Virus record (IMG/VR): IMGVR_UViG_3300037962_000555
Location: 1 to 55,391 of that record
Reading direction: 5' to 3' (one strand)
DNA length: 55,391 nt
From: a virus
Taxonomy: Duplodnaviria > Caudoviricetes
Under the pieces are notes generated by a model, which saw only the letters and a program-made list of their open reading frames with translations, was not told the origin of the DNA and ran no database searches. The position numbers and the translations under genes are program-made. Positions 37,157 through 47,271 of the stretch are shown here, piece by piece. How positions within the stretch are numbered: position 1 is the first letter of the stretch; each line of letters opens with the position of its first letter.

Positions 37157-37623
37157 ACGAAGAAACAAAGACAGGATCTAATAGAACTCCCAGAAGTGCT
37201 TCTTCACGGTCAACTAAGGCTGCAAGAAAACCATGGACTCCACCTCAAATTCTGGAAACGCCTCCTGCTCCTGCCGGTATGAGATACAGGTGGATTAGGA
37301 CGCATATTCGAGGAGAGGATGATAAAACCAACGTACACATGAGGCTTAGAGAGGGCTTTGAGCCTGTTAAGCCCTCAGAAGTAGAAGGCTATGACCTACC
37401 AACTATTGATGATGGTAAGCATGCTGGAACAGTGGGTGTTGGTGGATTGATACTCTGCAAGATTCCAGAAGAGACAGCAGATGAGCGTAATGCTCATTTC
37501 GAGCAGCAAACCGAAAATCAAATGAGAGCAGTTGATAACGATTTGATGCGAGAGGAGAATCCTGCGATGCCCATGACGAGAGAAAGGAAAACGCAGGTTT
37601 CGTTTGGAAAAGGTAGAACTTAA
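37153..37623 (+). CDS. Conserved head-module protein
   Basis: W.PP..L..P....YRWIR...GGLILCKIP. Confidence 0.7.
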   Translation: MNEETKTGSNRTPRSASSRSTKAARKPWTPPQILETPPAPAGMRYRWIRTHIRGEDDKTNVHMRLREGFEPVKPSEVEGYDLPTIDDGKHAGTVGVGGLILCKIPEETADERNAHFEQQTENQMRAVDNDLMREENPAMPMTRERKTQVSFGKGRT

Positions 37624-37659
37624 TCTTTTTGATTGTGTTTATTTTTAGGAGGCAACGCG

Positions 37660-38244
37660 ATGGCTAATAATGATGCCGCATTTGGCATGCGTCCATCCAG
37701 AATGATAGGCGGTGGAGTCTATACTGGTGGACAAAGCCGATATCGAATCGCTGCAAACTATGGCACAAGTATTTTCCAGGGCGACATGGTTGCCCAGGTA
37801 ACCGGAGGCGGTATTGAAGTACACGCTGACGGTGGAACTGTGCCGATTGTAGGCGTTTTCAATGGTTGCATGTACACGGACCCCACTACCAGTGAGCAAG
37901 TGTTCAGCAACTTTTATCCAGCAAGCACAAACGCTTCTGACATCATTGCATTTATCATTGATGATCCGAATGTCGTTTTTGAAATCCAAGCAGACGATAC
38001 GTTCCCAGTAGCCGACTTGTTCGGCAACTTCGATATTGTCTACACTTCTTCTGGAAGCACCGTAACTGGTATTTCTGGTGCGGAACTGGATGTAGCAACT
38101 GGCGCAACTGGTACGAGTTTGCCACTGAAAGCAATTGATATCTCAGGTGACCCTGAGAACTCAGATGTTGCTTCAGCAAACACCAACGTATTAGTTGTTA
38201 TTCAAAACCATATATTTGGCGTTAAAGGCGCTGGATTAGCTTAG
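37660..38244 (+). CDS. Minor capsid/cement protein (probable start ATG 37660)
   Basis: MAN.DAAFG.RP, IFQGD.V, DDP.VVFEIQ; GGAGG SD; directly before capsid. Confidence 0.7.
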   Translation: MANNDAAFGMRPSRMIGGGVYTGGQSRYRIAANYGTSIFQGDMVAQVTGGGIEVHADGGTVPIVGVFNGCMYTDPTTSEQVFSNFYPASTNASDIIAFIIDDPNVVFEIQADDTFPVADLFGNFDIVYTSSGSTVTGISGAELDVATGATGTSLPLKAIDISGDPENSDVASANTNVLVVIQNHIFGVKGAGLA

Positions 38245-38255
38245 GAGGATAACTA

Positions 38256-39164
38256 ATGGCTATTTCAAGAGCACAGTTAGCCAAAGAGCTAGAGCCAGGA
38301 CTCAACGCTTTATTTGGCATGGAGTATGCGCGTTATGAAAACGAGCATGCTGAGATCTTTGAGACAGAAGCTTCTGACAGAGCGTTTGAAGAAGAAGTCT
38401 TAATAGTTGGATTCGGCAACGCTGAAACCAAATCGGAAGGTCAATCTGTTAACTACGACAGTGCAAGTGAAGGTTTCACAGCGCGTTATACGCATGAAAC
38501 TATCGCTCTGGGCTTCGCGTTAACGGAAGAAGCAGTCGAGGATAATCTCTATGACCGCCTTGGCGCACGTTATACGAAGGCTTTGGCCCGAAGTATGGCT
38601 CACACCAAGCAAGTTAAAGCTGCTAACGTATTGAACAATGCGTTTAGCTCTAGCTTTACGGGTGGTGACGGAGTGTCTTTGATTAACACCAGCCACCCAT
38701 TAGCTGGTGGTGGTACGCTTGCTAATCGTCAAACAACGATGGCTGACCTTAACGAGACATCTTTAGAAAATGCTTTGATCAGCATCAGCACTTTTGTTGA
38801 CGATCGAAACATGATCTTGGCCCTACAGGGAACCAAGTTGATTGTTCCTCCTCAACTTCAGTTTGTCGCTGACAGGCTTCTAGAGTCACCTGGACGAGTC
38901 GGAACTTCCGACAACGACATCAACGCAATCAGGAATATGGGTCTGCTGCCGCAAGGTTATGCAGTCAACCATTTCTTGACTGATACTGATGCGTTCTTCA
39001 TTTTGACTGACGTTCCAGACGGCTTTAAGCATTTTGAAAGAACTCCGATTTCAACTTCTATGGAAGGAGATTTCGACACAGGTAATGTGAGATACAAGGC
39101 TCGTGAGCGTTATAGCTTCGGCTTCAGCAACCCACGTTGTGTGTTTGGTTCTCAAGGAGCGTAA
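38256..39164 (+). CDS. Major capsid protein
   Basis: MAISRAQLAKELEPGLNALFG, TEEAVEDNLY, DFDTGNVRYKARERYSFG; strong SD and terminator. Confidence 0.92.
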   Translation: MAISRAQLAKELEPGLNALFGMEYARYENEHAEIFETEASDRAFEEEVLIVGFGNAETKSEGQSVNYDSASEGFTARYTHETIALGFALTEEAVEDNLYDRLGARYTKALARSMAHTKQVKAANVLNNAFSSSFTGGDGVSLINTSHPLAGGGTLANRQTTMADLNETSLENALISISTFVDDRNMILALQGTKLIVPPQLQFVADRLLESPGRVGTSDNDINAIRNMGLLPQGYAVNHFLTDTDAFFILTDVPDGFKHFERTPISTSMEGDFDTGNVRYKARERYSFGFSNPRCVFGSQGA

Positions 39165-39180
39165 TGTTCCACATGGAACA
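39165..39180. promoter_or_regulatory. parS-like palindrome
   Basis: TGTTCCACATGGAACA, one base from TGTTCCACGTGGAACA. Confidence 0.6.
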
Positions 39181-39186
39181 TTGATG

Positions 39187-39219
39187 AAAAGGGGCATTTG
39201 TTGCCCCTTTTCTTTTTTT
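39187..39219 (+). terminator. Rho-independent terminator after capsid
   Basis: AAAAGGGGCA-loop-TGCCCCTTTT plus T-tract. Confidence 0.85.
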
Positions 39220-39287
39220 ACTGTATAAAACTTGTATCCCTGACAGGTGCATACCGCGCCTGACATTAGCCAAGACAGGAGACACAT

Positions 39288-39797
39288 ATGGCTACTTCTA
39301 CTTTTACCGGACCCCTTAGATCGGAGTCCACCCTAAAAACCATTAGCAAAAGTTCATCAACTGGTGCAATCACTGAGATTGTTACGCTTGGCGATGGACC
39401 CGTCAGTCTTTCTGATGGAGATGTGACACTAACTAATGCAACGCATAGTGGCAGAGTATTGCTTGTTCCAGACGGCGGTCAGGATAACACCTACACATTG
39501 CCAGCACCGATTGCTGGATCTGTGTTTAGATTTGTTTATGCCGGTGGGGCAGCAGATGCGACTGATGCACTTGTCCTCACACCAGGTAACACAAACTTTT
39601 ATATTGGTGGCGTGACTTTCTTAGATACAGATGGCAACGCAATCAGCAGTGTTTTCTCTAACGGAAGCTCAAACAGCAGTATTCAATTTAACGTACCTGC
39701 TGGATTTGATGTAACTATCGTTGGTTTAAATACCACCAACTATCAAATCTTTGGAAATGTTACGAGTACTACTGCACCTGCATTTGCTGACCAGTAA
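39288..39797 (+). CDS. Beta-rich virion protein (decoration/spike-like)
   Basis: MATSTFTGPLRS start, YTLPAP..G..FRF. Confidence 0.6.
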   Translation: MATSTFTGPLRSESTLKTISKSSSTGAITEIVTLGDGPVSLSDGDVTLTNATHSGRVLLVPDGGQDNTYTLPAPIAGSVFRFVYAGGAADATDALVLTPGNTNFYIGGVTFLDTDGNAISSVFSNGSSNSSIQFNVPAGFDVTIVGLNTTNYQIFGNVTSTTAPAFADQ

Positions 39798-39809
39798 TAG
39801 GAGGCATTT

Positions 39810-40211
39810 ATGGCTGATACAGTAACCTCTCAAACCATCCAAGATGGAGAGAGAAAAGCCGTACTCAAATTTACGAATATCAGTGATGGGACAGGTGAAT
39901 CAGCGGTTACAAAAATTGATGTAAGCGCGCTTGCAAAAAACAGTGCAGGTTCATCCTGCACTGAAGTTGCTATATCAAAGATCTGGTGGCAGTGCGTTGG
40001 CATGGGTGTAGAGCTTTTGAATGACGCTACAACAGATACATTGATTATTGCTCTTTCTCCAGACTCAAATGGTATGCACGATTACTCTTCGTTCTCTGGC
40101 ATACCAAACGACGCTGGTTCTGGTAAGACGGGTGATGTCAAGTTCACCACTATCGGAGCAAGTAACACTGACACATACACTGTTATCGTTGAGGTATTGA
40201 AGAGTTATTAA
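39810..40211 (+). CDS. Virion structural protein
   Basis: MAD.VTSQTI.DG...AV.KFTN.SDGTGE; 133 aa. Confidence 0.6.
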   Translation: MADTVTSQTIQDGERKAVLKFTNISDGTGESAVTKIDVSALAKNSAGSSCTEVAISKIWWQCVGMGVELLNDATTDTLIIALSPDSNGMHDYSSFSGIPNDAGSGKTGDVKFTTIGASNTDTYTVIVEVLKSY

Positions 40212-40891
40212 TGGCTACTTCTGGCAGCAGCAACTTTGAACCAGATGTTGCGGAGTATATAGAAGAGGCATTTGAAAGATGTGGTCTTGAGTATCGAACT
40301 GGATACGATGGTGTAACAGCCAGAAGATCACTAAATCTTTTATTTGCAGATTGGGCTAACAGGGGGTTGAACCAGTGGACTGTTACAAACTCCACTACAA
40401 CCCTCAGTAAGTCTGATCAGTTTCTTGACCTCACATCTACAACGATCGATGTTCTTGATGTCATTCTTCGTAGAACTGAAAACAGTGAGACGACTGATAT
40501 TCAGATGAATCAGATCAGTAGGTCTGCGTATTGGAATATTCCAAATAAAGACACTGAGGCAAGACCAAGCCAATGGTTCTTAGATAAGCAAATAACTCCG
40601 AGGCTATATATATGGCCAGCTGCAGAAAACAGCACGGACCAGGTAATCATAAATAGATTGGTTAGGATCGAAGACGCAGACGCTGGAGTTAATACAGCTG
40701 ATGTACCATTTAGATTCTTTCCTTGTTTAAGTGCAGGTCTGGCTTATTACATAGCTTTGAAGAGAGCTCCTGACAGGGTCCAGCTGTTGAAGACTTTGTA
40801 TGAAGAAGAGTTTGCTCGAGCAGCTGACCAGGATGAAAGCAGAGCATCTTTAATGATTGCTCCCAATCTCAGATCATACAGGCGTGCGTAA
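40211..40891 (+). CDS. Head-tail adaptor / tail tubular A-like protein
   Basis: EEAFERCG, ARRSLNLLF.DWANRG.N.W, LYIWP, GLAYY, YEEEF.RA. Confidence 0.7.
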   Translation: MATSGSSNFEPDVAEYIEEAFERCGLEYRTGYDGVTARRSLNLLFADWANRGLNQWTVTNSTTTLSKSDQFLDLTSTTIDVLDVILRRTENSETTDIQMNQISRSAYWNIPNKDTEARPSQWFLDKQITPRLYIWPAAENSTDQVIINRLVRIEDADAGVNTADVPFRFFPCLSAGLAYYIALKRAPDRVQLLKTLYEEEFARAADQDESRASLMIAPNLRSYRRA

Positions 40892-41232
40892 TGGCTTATG
40901 CTTCTGGTAAGTACTCTTTAGCTATATGTGACAGATGTGGGTTTAGATATAAGTACAAAGAATTAAGAAAAGAATGGAACAATCTTTTCGTATGTAGAGA
41001 ATGCTACGAGCCTAAAGCACCACAGATAGATCCCGTACCTCATGTTGCAGACCCGGAAGCGATAAGAGATCCAAGGCCGCAACTACCCCCATCAGTTGTA
41101 GCTGGAGAAGGTGTGGTAAGAACAATCAACCCGAATGCAATGATCACCACAACTGGTGATAGTATAGGTTCTGCATTTAAGGCCAGTGGTGCAACTGGAG
41201 AGGTTGGTACAGTAACAGTGGTGATATCATGA
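40891..41232 (+). CDS. Zinc-binding conserved protein
   Basis: CDRCG.RY...VCRECYE.K.PQ; DPRP. Confidence 0.75.
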   Translation: MAYASGKYSLAICDRCGFRYKYKELRKEWNNLFVCRECYEPKAPQIDPVPHVADPEAIRDPRPQLPPSVVAGEGVVRTINPNAMITTTGDSIGSAFKASGATGEVGTVTVVIS

Positions 41233-41867
41233 GCTTTACATTAGCCAGTTTAAAAACAGCCGTAAAAGATTACTGTGAAACATCTGAGTCAACATTCGAT
41301 ACTCAGTTAACTACATTCATCCAAGAGGCAGAAGAAAGAATACTCAAGAACGTAGAGCTCCCTGTGTTCAGAAAGAACGTCACAGGAACTGCCACAGCGA
41401 GTAATACATATCTTTCAACACCAAGTGACTTTCTTGCATCATATAGCTTGGCTGTTATATCAAGCAGCGTTTACAGCTATCTGCTTTTCAAGCATGTGTC
41501 TTTTATTCGAGACTACACGCCCAACGCATCAACAACTGGTACTCCAAAGTATTACGCTTTGTTTGATGACAACACATTTATCTTGGGTCCAACGCCTGAT
41601 TCAAATTATGAGTTCGAGTTGCACTATAAATTTAGACCAGCATCTCTAACTGCAGGATCAGATAGTGGGACCACTTGGCTATCAACCAACGCACCAGACG
41701 CATTGCTGTACGGCACGTTGGTAGAAGCGGCAACATTCTTAAAATCACCTGAAGAAGTTCCTGCATATGAGCAAAGGTTTGTTAGTGCTGTAGCCGCTCT
41801 CAAGAGGATTGGAGAGGGATATGGCTCTAGGGATGAATACAGATATGATATTGCTAGGGGCAGCTAG
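41229..41867 (+). CDS. Second adaptor/tail tubular-like protein
   Basis: FI..AE.RI, G.PKYYA, GPTPD, W...APDALLYG.L.EA. Confidence 0.7.
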   Translation: MSFTLASLKTAVKDYCETSESTFDTQLTTFIQEAEERILKNVELPVFRKNVTGTATASNTYLSTPSDFLASYSLAVISSSVYSYLLFKHVSFIRDYTPNASTTGTPKYYALFDDNTFILGPTPDSNYEFELHYKFRPASLTAGSDSGTTWLSTNAPDALLYGTLVEAATFLKSPEEVPAYEQRFVSAVAALKRIGEGYGSRDEYRYDIARGS

Positions 41868-42158
41868 ATGATGGTTGAAGAGCCAAGCATTGAGATAGGA
41901 AAGGTTGGTGTAACCACCACTCAATGGAAAGGTCACGATGTAGATTATTGGGCAGAGCAAGTAACTAATAAGATAGTTAGTATTGGTGGTAACTGTCATC
42001 CGCTGATTGCTCAACAAGCAGAAGCGTTTAAAGAAGACGTTTTAAAACAAATTTCATACTATATGAAAGAAGCGATAAAAAGTGATAGAACCACTCTAAT
42101 CGCACAATTAGAAAAACAAGGCCAACCAGAAATGGCTAACATTTTAAGGAGACTGTAA
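41868..42158 (+). CDS. Conserved hypothetical protein
   Basis: V.TT...GH....WAE..T.KI..I...QA.AF...A..SDRTT. Confidence 0.7.
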   Translation: MMVEEPSIEIGKVGVTTTQWKGHDVDYWAEQVTNKIVSIGGNCHPLIAQQAEAFKEDVLKQISYYMKEAIKSDRTTLIAQLEKQGQPEMANILRRL

Positions 42159-42586
42159 TGGCTATATCGACAGCTATGTGTACGTCCTTCAAGCAAGAAA
42201 TTCTTGTTGGCACACACAATTTTACTGCAACAACTGGTAATACTTTCAAGCTTGCATTGTTCACAAGCAGTGCAAGCCTGGGGGCAAGCACCACAGCATT
42301 TGCAACAACCAATGAGGTTAGTGGCACAGGATACTCAAGTGGGGGTTCAAACCTGACTTCAGTAACGCCAACCACATCTGGCACAACTGCATTGTGTGAC
42401 TTTTCAGATCTCACATTCTCCAGTGCATCAATCACAGCGAATGGAGCACTTATTTATAACAGCAGTGCGTCTAACAAAGCTGTTTGTGCGTTGGCATTTG
42501 GTGGAGATAAGACGAGCACAGCAGGTGACTTTACGATTACTTTCCCAGCAGCGGATGCGTCAAACGCGATAATCCGCATCGCCTAG
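42158..42586 (+). CDS. Beta-rich tail/fibre-associated structural protein
   Basis: MAI..AMCTSFK.E, FKLALFT, NEVSGTGY..GG, FGGDKTST.G.FTI.FP. Confidence 0.7.
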   Translation: MAISTAMCTSFKQEILVGTHNFTATTGNTFKLALFTSSASLGASTTAFATTNEVSGTGYSSGGSNLTSVTPTTSGTTALCDFSDLTFSSASITANGALIYNSSASNKAVCALAFGGDKTSTAGDFTITFPAADASNAIIRIA

Positions 42587-42595
42587 AGATAATAT

Positions 42596-43489
42596 GTGGC
42601 AGACATTACTGGATGGGGCAGAGGCACTTGGGGCGAAGATGCGTGGGGTGAACCTGATCTCGTCGATGTCACAGGTGTATCCGCAACTGGATCGATTGGC
42701 TCGGTTACAGTCGCGGCAGATGCAACGACCTCTGTCACAGGCGTGGCGGGAACGTCTGCGGTCGGATCAGTCACAGTTGCAGCAGACGCTAATACATCAG
42801 TTACAGGAGTTTCTGCAACAGGGTCTATTGGATCTGTATCAGTTTCGGCAGAAGCTAATGTTGCGCCAACTGGTGTCGCGGGTACGAGTGCTGTCGGGTC
42901 TGTATCGGTCAGCGCCGAAGCGACCACCTCAGTTACCGGGGTATCTGCAACAGGATCTGTGGGATCAGTTTCTGTTGCCGCCGCTGCGGTCATCAGTCCT
43001 ACTGGTGTTGCTGGCACTTCAGCCGCTGGCAGCGTTACAGTCACGGGTGCAGCTAACGTCACTCCCACAGGTGTTTCAGCAACTAATAGTGTGGGTAGTG
43101 TCACTGTTGCTGCTGGGGCCGTCACTTCTGTTACTGGCGTTAGTTCTACTGGTTCAATCGGTTCGGTATCCGTTGCTGCTGCTGCATCTGCTTCCGTTAC
43201 GGGCGTGGCAGGGACTAGTGCGGTTGGCACGGTCACTACCAGCACTTCTCAAAATATTGATGTCACGGGTGTATCAGGTTCTGCACAAGTTGGCGTTGTC
43301 GCTGTCGAACCAGACACAAACGTCCAACCAGTTGGAGTTAGTGGAACTGGACAAATCGGATTTGCGTTAGTTTGGGGGCTGATAGATGATGCACAAACAC
43401 CAGATTGGGGTACTATTACAGACAGTCAATCACCTACCTGGTCAAGCGTGAGCGATACACAAACACCAGATTGGAAAGATGTAGCTTAG
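42596..43489 (+). CDS. Structural protein with 17-aa tandem repeats
   Basis: About 14 copies of VTGVSATGSVGSVTVAA-like unit; Trp-Gly N-terminus; three D.Q(T/S)P.W C-terminal repeats. Confidence 0.8.
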   Translation: MADITGWGRGTWGEDAWGEPDLVDVTGVSATGSIGSVTVAADATTSVTGVAGTSAVGSVTVAADANTSVTGVSATGSIGSVSVSAEANVAPTGVAGTSAVGSVSVSAEATTSVTGVSATGSVGSVSVAAAAVISPTGVAGTSAAGSVTVTGAANVTPTGVSATNSVGSVTVAAGAVTSVTGVSSTGSIGSVSVAAAASASVTGVAGTSAVGTVTTSTSQNIDVTGVSGSAQVGVVAVEPDTNVQPVGVSGTGQIGFALVWGLIDDAQTPDWGTITDSQSPTWSSVSDTQTPDWKDVA

Positions 43490-43500
43490 AGGAAAACTGA

Positions 43501-46500
43501 ATGGCAACTTATGTAAATGATCTCCGATTAAAAGAAATCGCCACAGGCGACGAAAGCGGAACCTGGGGAACCAGCACCAACACTAATCTCGAATTAATTG
43601 CAGAAGCTTTTAGTTTTGGTACAGAGGCAATCACTACTAACGCTGATACGCATACTACCACTATAGCTGATGGTTCTACTGACCCTGGGCGGTCATTATT
43701 CCTAAAATACACAGGCACACTTGATTCTGCTTGCACGATCACGATTGGCCCGAACACCGTCTCAAAGCTCTGGTTCATCGAGAACGCAACCAGTGGGTCT
43801 CAGAATATTATTATCAGCCAAGGTTCTGGTGCGAGTATCACAATTGCAAATGGTCAGACCAAAGCAATCTACTCCGATGGTGCTGGGTCTGGTGCTGCAA
43901 TGGTTGATGCCTTCCAAGACCTGTCTATCCCTGATCTATTTATTGATGACGATCTGACGTTTACCTCAGACAGTGCAGTTATTACGTTTGGCGCAGACGG
44001 TGATACCACACTGACACATACAGATGGTTCTGGTCTGACGTTGAACTCCACCAACAAACTGATGTTCAACGATGCGAGTCAGTTCATCCAAGGCTCTAGT
44101 GCTACGGTTCTATCGTTGGGTGCGACTGATGAAATAGATCTCACCGCTACTGCGATGGACTTCAACGGCACAGTTACGATCTCAGGCGATACCACACTAG
44201 AAGATGGTGCTGATCTAATCACTGCATCCGCTGGGACAGACAATGTTCGTATAGGTGCTACTGCTGGTGACAGCATTACGTCTGGTGGAAATTTTAACAC
44301 CTTGGTTGGAACAAACGCCGGTACAGCAATCACAACCGGTGATAGCAACGTGGCAGTGGGAAGAAATGCTTTAGATGCAGAGGTAGCTGGCAGCTTATCT
44401 GTAGCTGTAGGTGTAGGTACTTTAACCGCTCAAACTAACAGCACTGCAACTGATGTGTATAACGTGGCAGTGGGTCACGGTGCTGGTAACGCAGTCACTA
44501 CGGGGGTTGAGAATACGCTCATAGGTGCGCTATCTGGAGATGCCCTTACTGACGCTGATGAAAACGTTGCCGTCGGATACGGTGCGCTAAGTGCTGATAC
44601 GAAAGGAGGTCAATCTGTAGCGGTTGGTACTTTTGCGTTACTTTCACAAAATAACTCTACAACTACAACTACTTATAACGTTGCAGTAGGCGATAGAGCA
44701 GGAAGAGTTATAACTACGGGAATTCAGAACACGTTGTTGGGTGGCGTAGCAGGGGATTCGCTGACTGATGCGGATAACAACGTGGCAATCGGTACTTCTG
44801 CTCTTGGATCAGACACTTTAGGAAGTCATAGCGTTGCTGTAGGTAGAAGAGCCTTACTAGAACAAAACTTTTCTACGGCTACAGATGTTTACAATGTTGC
44901 GGTGGGTTCTAGTGCTGGTCAAAACGTCACCACGGGTCAATACAACAATTTGATAGGCGGCCAAGCAGGTCTTTCTCTAACAACAGGAGGCAGGAACACA
45001 GTCAATGGTTTTGGTGCTCTGGGAGCAGATACTCTTGGTAGCCGAGCTGTTGCAATCGGTTTCGGTGCTTTAGATGCTCAAAACTTCACTACGGCGACAG
45101 ATAATTACAACGTAGCGGTGGGATATGACGCAGGGGGCGCAGTCACCACGGGAACCCAGAACACCATCATCGGAGGTCTTGCAGGGGATGCGCTGACTAC
45201 AGGTGCTAATAACGTAGCAGTCGGTTATGAGGCTCTATCTACGGAAGATGCTCATGGAGATAACGTAGCTGTCGGCTATCAAGCATTGAAAACTCTCAAC
45301 GTTGGGGCTGATTCTTTCAACACAGCAGTGGGATATTTGGCTGGTACAAACATGACTACAGGCATAGAAAACGCCATATTTGGGAGTTTTGCGGGAGATG
45401 CTCTTACAGATGCTGATTTTAACGTAGCTATAGGTGGGTCTGCCCTTAGCAGCGATACTTTAGGGTCAGCATCAACAGCAGTCGGATTTGGAACTTTAGC
45501 CGCCCAAAATTTCACCACGGGAACATCTGCTTATAACGTAGCCGTGGGATACCTCGCTGGCAACGATATTACAACTGGCGTTAAGAATGTAATCGTCGGA
45601 GCCTTGGCTGGAGACACCCTTACCACGGGCGAAAGAAATGTCTATGTGGGACATACCAGTGGGGATAGAGGAACCACGGGAGATTTTAATACTGGGGTCG
45701 GTGCAGAAACACTATTTATGAATGTAGCTGCCAATAAAAATACGGCGGTGGGAGAGGCTGCTTTATTTAGTATGACGGCTGCAACATCTACGGATACATT
45801 CAATACTGCCGTAGGTTTTAATTCTGGTTCAGCAATCACTTCGGGAGTTGAGAACACCATCATCGGTGCTCTAGCGGGTGATGCACTTACTGATGCAGAT
45901 GGAAACGTAGCAGTAGGTTACGGTGCTTTAACTACCAATATACTCGGTAGTAAATCGGTTGCTATCGGTAGAGATGCGCTTTCTTCCCAAAATCCAGCTA
46001 CCGCGGCAGATATGCTCAATGTAGCCATAGGTGAAGATACGGGTCATTTGATCACCACGGGGGTCCAGAACACCCTTATCGGATCTCACGTTGGTGATGC
46101 CCTTACTGATGCCGATTTTAATACAGCCATTGGGTATTTAGCTTTAAGCGCAGATACTCTCGGTAGTAAATCTACAGCTCTTGGATATGCTGCATTAGCT
46201 GATCAAAACTTCACTACCGCGACAGATGCTTTCAACGTAGCAGTTGGCCACTTGGCTGGTGAAAACGTCACTACGGGACGCTACAACACCGTGGTAGGTG
46301 GAAGCGTAGCTATAAAACTTACTGAGGGTGACAATAACACAATAATCGGTGGCTTGGCTGGTGATGCATTAACGCATGCAGATTTTAACGTTATCGTTGG
46401 ACAAAGCGCAGTAAGCAGTGACACGTTAGGTAGTAGAACAACGGCGGTTGGGCATCAGGCTTTATTCACTCAAAACTTTTCTACAGCCACTAATACTTAT

Positions 46501-47268
46501 AACACAGCCGTAGGTCAAGCTGCCGGTTATGCAGTCACCACGGGAGTCCAGAATACCATCGTTGGTGCTCAAGCTGCGGATGCGATGACAACTGGAGGGG
46601 CTAATACCTTCATGGGCTATCAAACTGGCGGTTCAGGAGTAATCACAGGTGATGCAAATAATGGCTTCGGCACTTCTGCTTTGCTTCAACTTACAAGTGG
46701 CGACAACAACATAGGCGTTGGAAACGCTGCTGGAATGGATATCACTAGCGGCGATGGCAATATATGTATTGGTCACGATTCCGGTAGATCAGCATCTCCA
46801 AGTGGAAGTCTGACTACAGGCGATAATGAGATATGTTTTGGTAACAATAACATCACAACCATATCCCAAAGGGTTTCAACGACAGTTACTTCAGATGCAA
46901 GAGATAAAACAGATGTTGTAGATTTAAGTGTAGGGCTTGATTTTGTAAAAGCCCTTGAACCTGTTGTTTACAAATGGGATCAGAGATCAGACTATTTAGA
47001 TCCAGAAGATGACAGCGTTACGATTGACAATGTAACGCCTGATGGCACGCATAAAAAACCACAACTCGATGTAGGGTTTTTAGCTCAAAAAGTAGTGGAA
47101 CAAGAAGAAGCACTGGGTCATAAGATATCTGATGAAACCAATCTTGTTTCTAGTCTTTCGGTAGATGGAACGAGGTACGGATTAAAGTACGAAAAGTTTG
47201 TTCCAATACTCGTAAAAGCAATCCAAGAACTTTCAGCAGAAGTAGAAAAACTCAAATCAGGAGGATAG
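43501..47268 (+). CDS. Long tail fibre / receptor-binding protein with C-terminal intramolecular chaperone (peptidase S74)
   Basis: N-terminal GDESGTWG..TN.NL anchor; 72-aa NxAVG repeats; TSDARDK, GFLAQ, ILVKAIQEL. Confidence 0.9.
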   Translation: MATYVNDLRLKEIATGDESGTWGTSTNTNLELIAEAFSFGTEAITTNADTHTTTIADGSTDPGRSLFLKYTGTLDSACTITIGPNTVSKLWFIENATSGSQNIIISQGSGASITIANGQTKAIYSDGAGSGAAMVDAFQDLSIPDLFIDDDLTFTSDSAVITFGADGDTTLTHTDGSGLTLNSTNKLMFNDASQFIQGSSATVLSLGATDEIDLTATAMDFNGTVTISGDTTLEDGADLITASAGTDNVRIGATAGDSITSGGNFNTLVGTNAGTAITTGDSNVAVGRNALDAEVAGSLSVAVGVGTLTAQTNSTATDVYNVAVGHGAGNAVTTGVENTLIGALSGDALTDADENVAVGYGALSADTKGGQSVAVGTFALLSQNNSTTTTTYNVAVGDRAGRVITTGIQNTLLGGVAGDSLTDADNNVAIGTSALGSDTLGSHSVAVGRRALLEQNFSTATDVYNVAVGSSAGQNVTTGQYNNLIGGQAGLSLTTGGRNTVNGFGALGADTLGSRAVAIGFGALDAQNFTTATDNYNVAVGYDAGGAVTTGTQNTIIGGLAGDALTTGANNVAVGYEALSTEDAHGDNVAVGYQALKTLNVGADSFNTAVGYLAGTNMTTGIENAIFGSFAGDALTDADFNVAIGGSALSSDTLGSASTAVGFGTLAAQNFTTGTSAYNVAVGYLAGNDITTGVKNVIVGALAGDTLTTGERNVYVGHTSGDRGTTGDFNTGVGAETLFMNVAANKNTAVGEAALFSMTAATSTDTFNTAVGFNSGSAITSGVENTIIGALAGDALTDADGNVAVGYGALTTNILGSKSVAIGRDALSSQNPATAADMLNVAIGEDTGHLITTGVQNTLIGSHVGDALTDADFNTAIGYLALSADTLGSKSTALGYAALADQNFTTATDAFNVAVGHLAGENVTTGRYNTVVGGSVAIKLTEGDNNTIIGGLAGDALTHADFNVIVGQSAVSSDTLGSRTTAVGHQALFTQNFSTATNTYNTAVGQAAGYAVTTGVQNTIVGAQAADAMTTGGANTFMGYQTGGSGVITGDANNGFGTSALLQLTSGDNNIGVGNAAGMDITSGDGNICIGHDSGRSASPSGSLTTGDNEICFGNNNITTISQRVSTTVTSDARDKTDVVDLSVGLDFVKALEPVVYKWDQRSDYLDPEDDSVTIDNVTPDGTHKKPQLDVGFLAQKVVEQEEALGHKISDETNLVSSLSVDGTRYGLKYEKFVPILVKAIQELSAEVEKLKSGG

Positions 47269-47271
47269 AAA

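Noticed and set aside
42583-43370. Long overlapping ORFs 42594-43370 (+) and 42583-43245 (-)
   Set aside because: Shadow frames produced by the Val/Thr/Gly/Ser/Ala 51-bp repeat gene; no independent protein features
43501-47268. Diversity-generating retroelement or invertible fibre cassette
   Set aside because: No reverse transcriptase, no adenine-specific TR/VR pair, no invertase or inverted cassette
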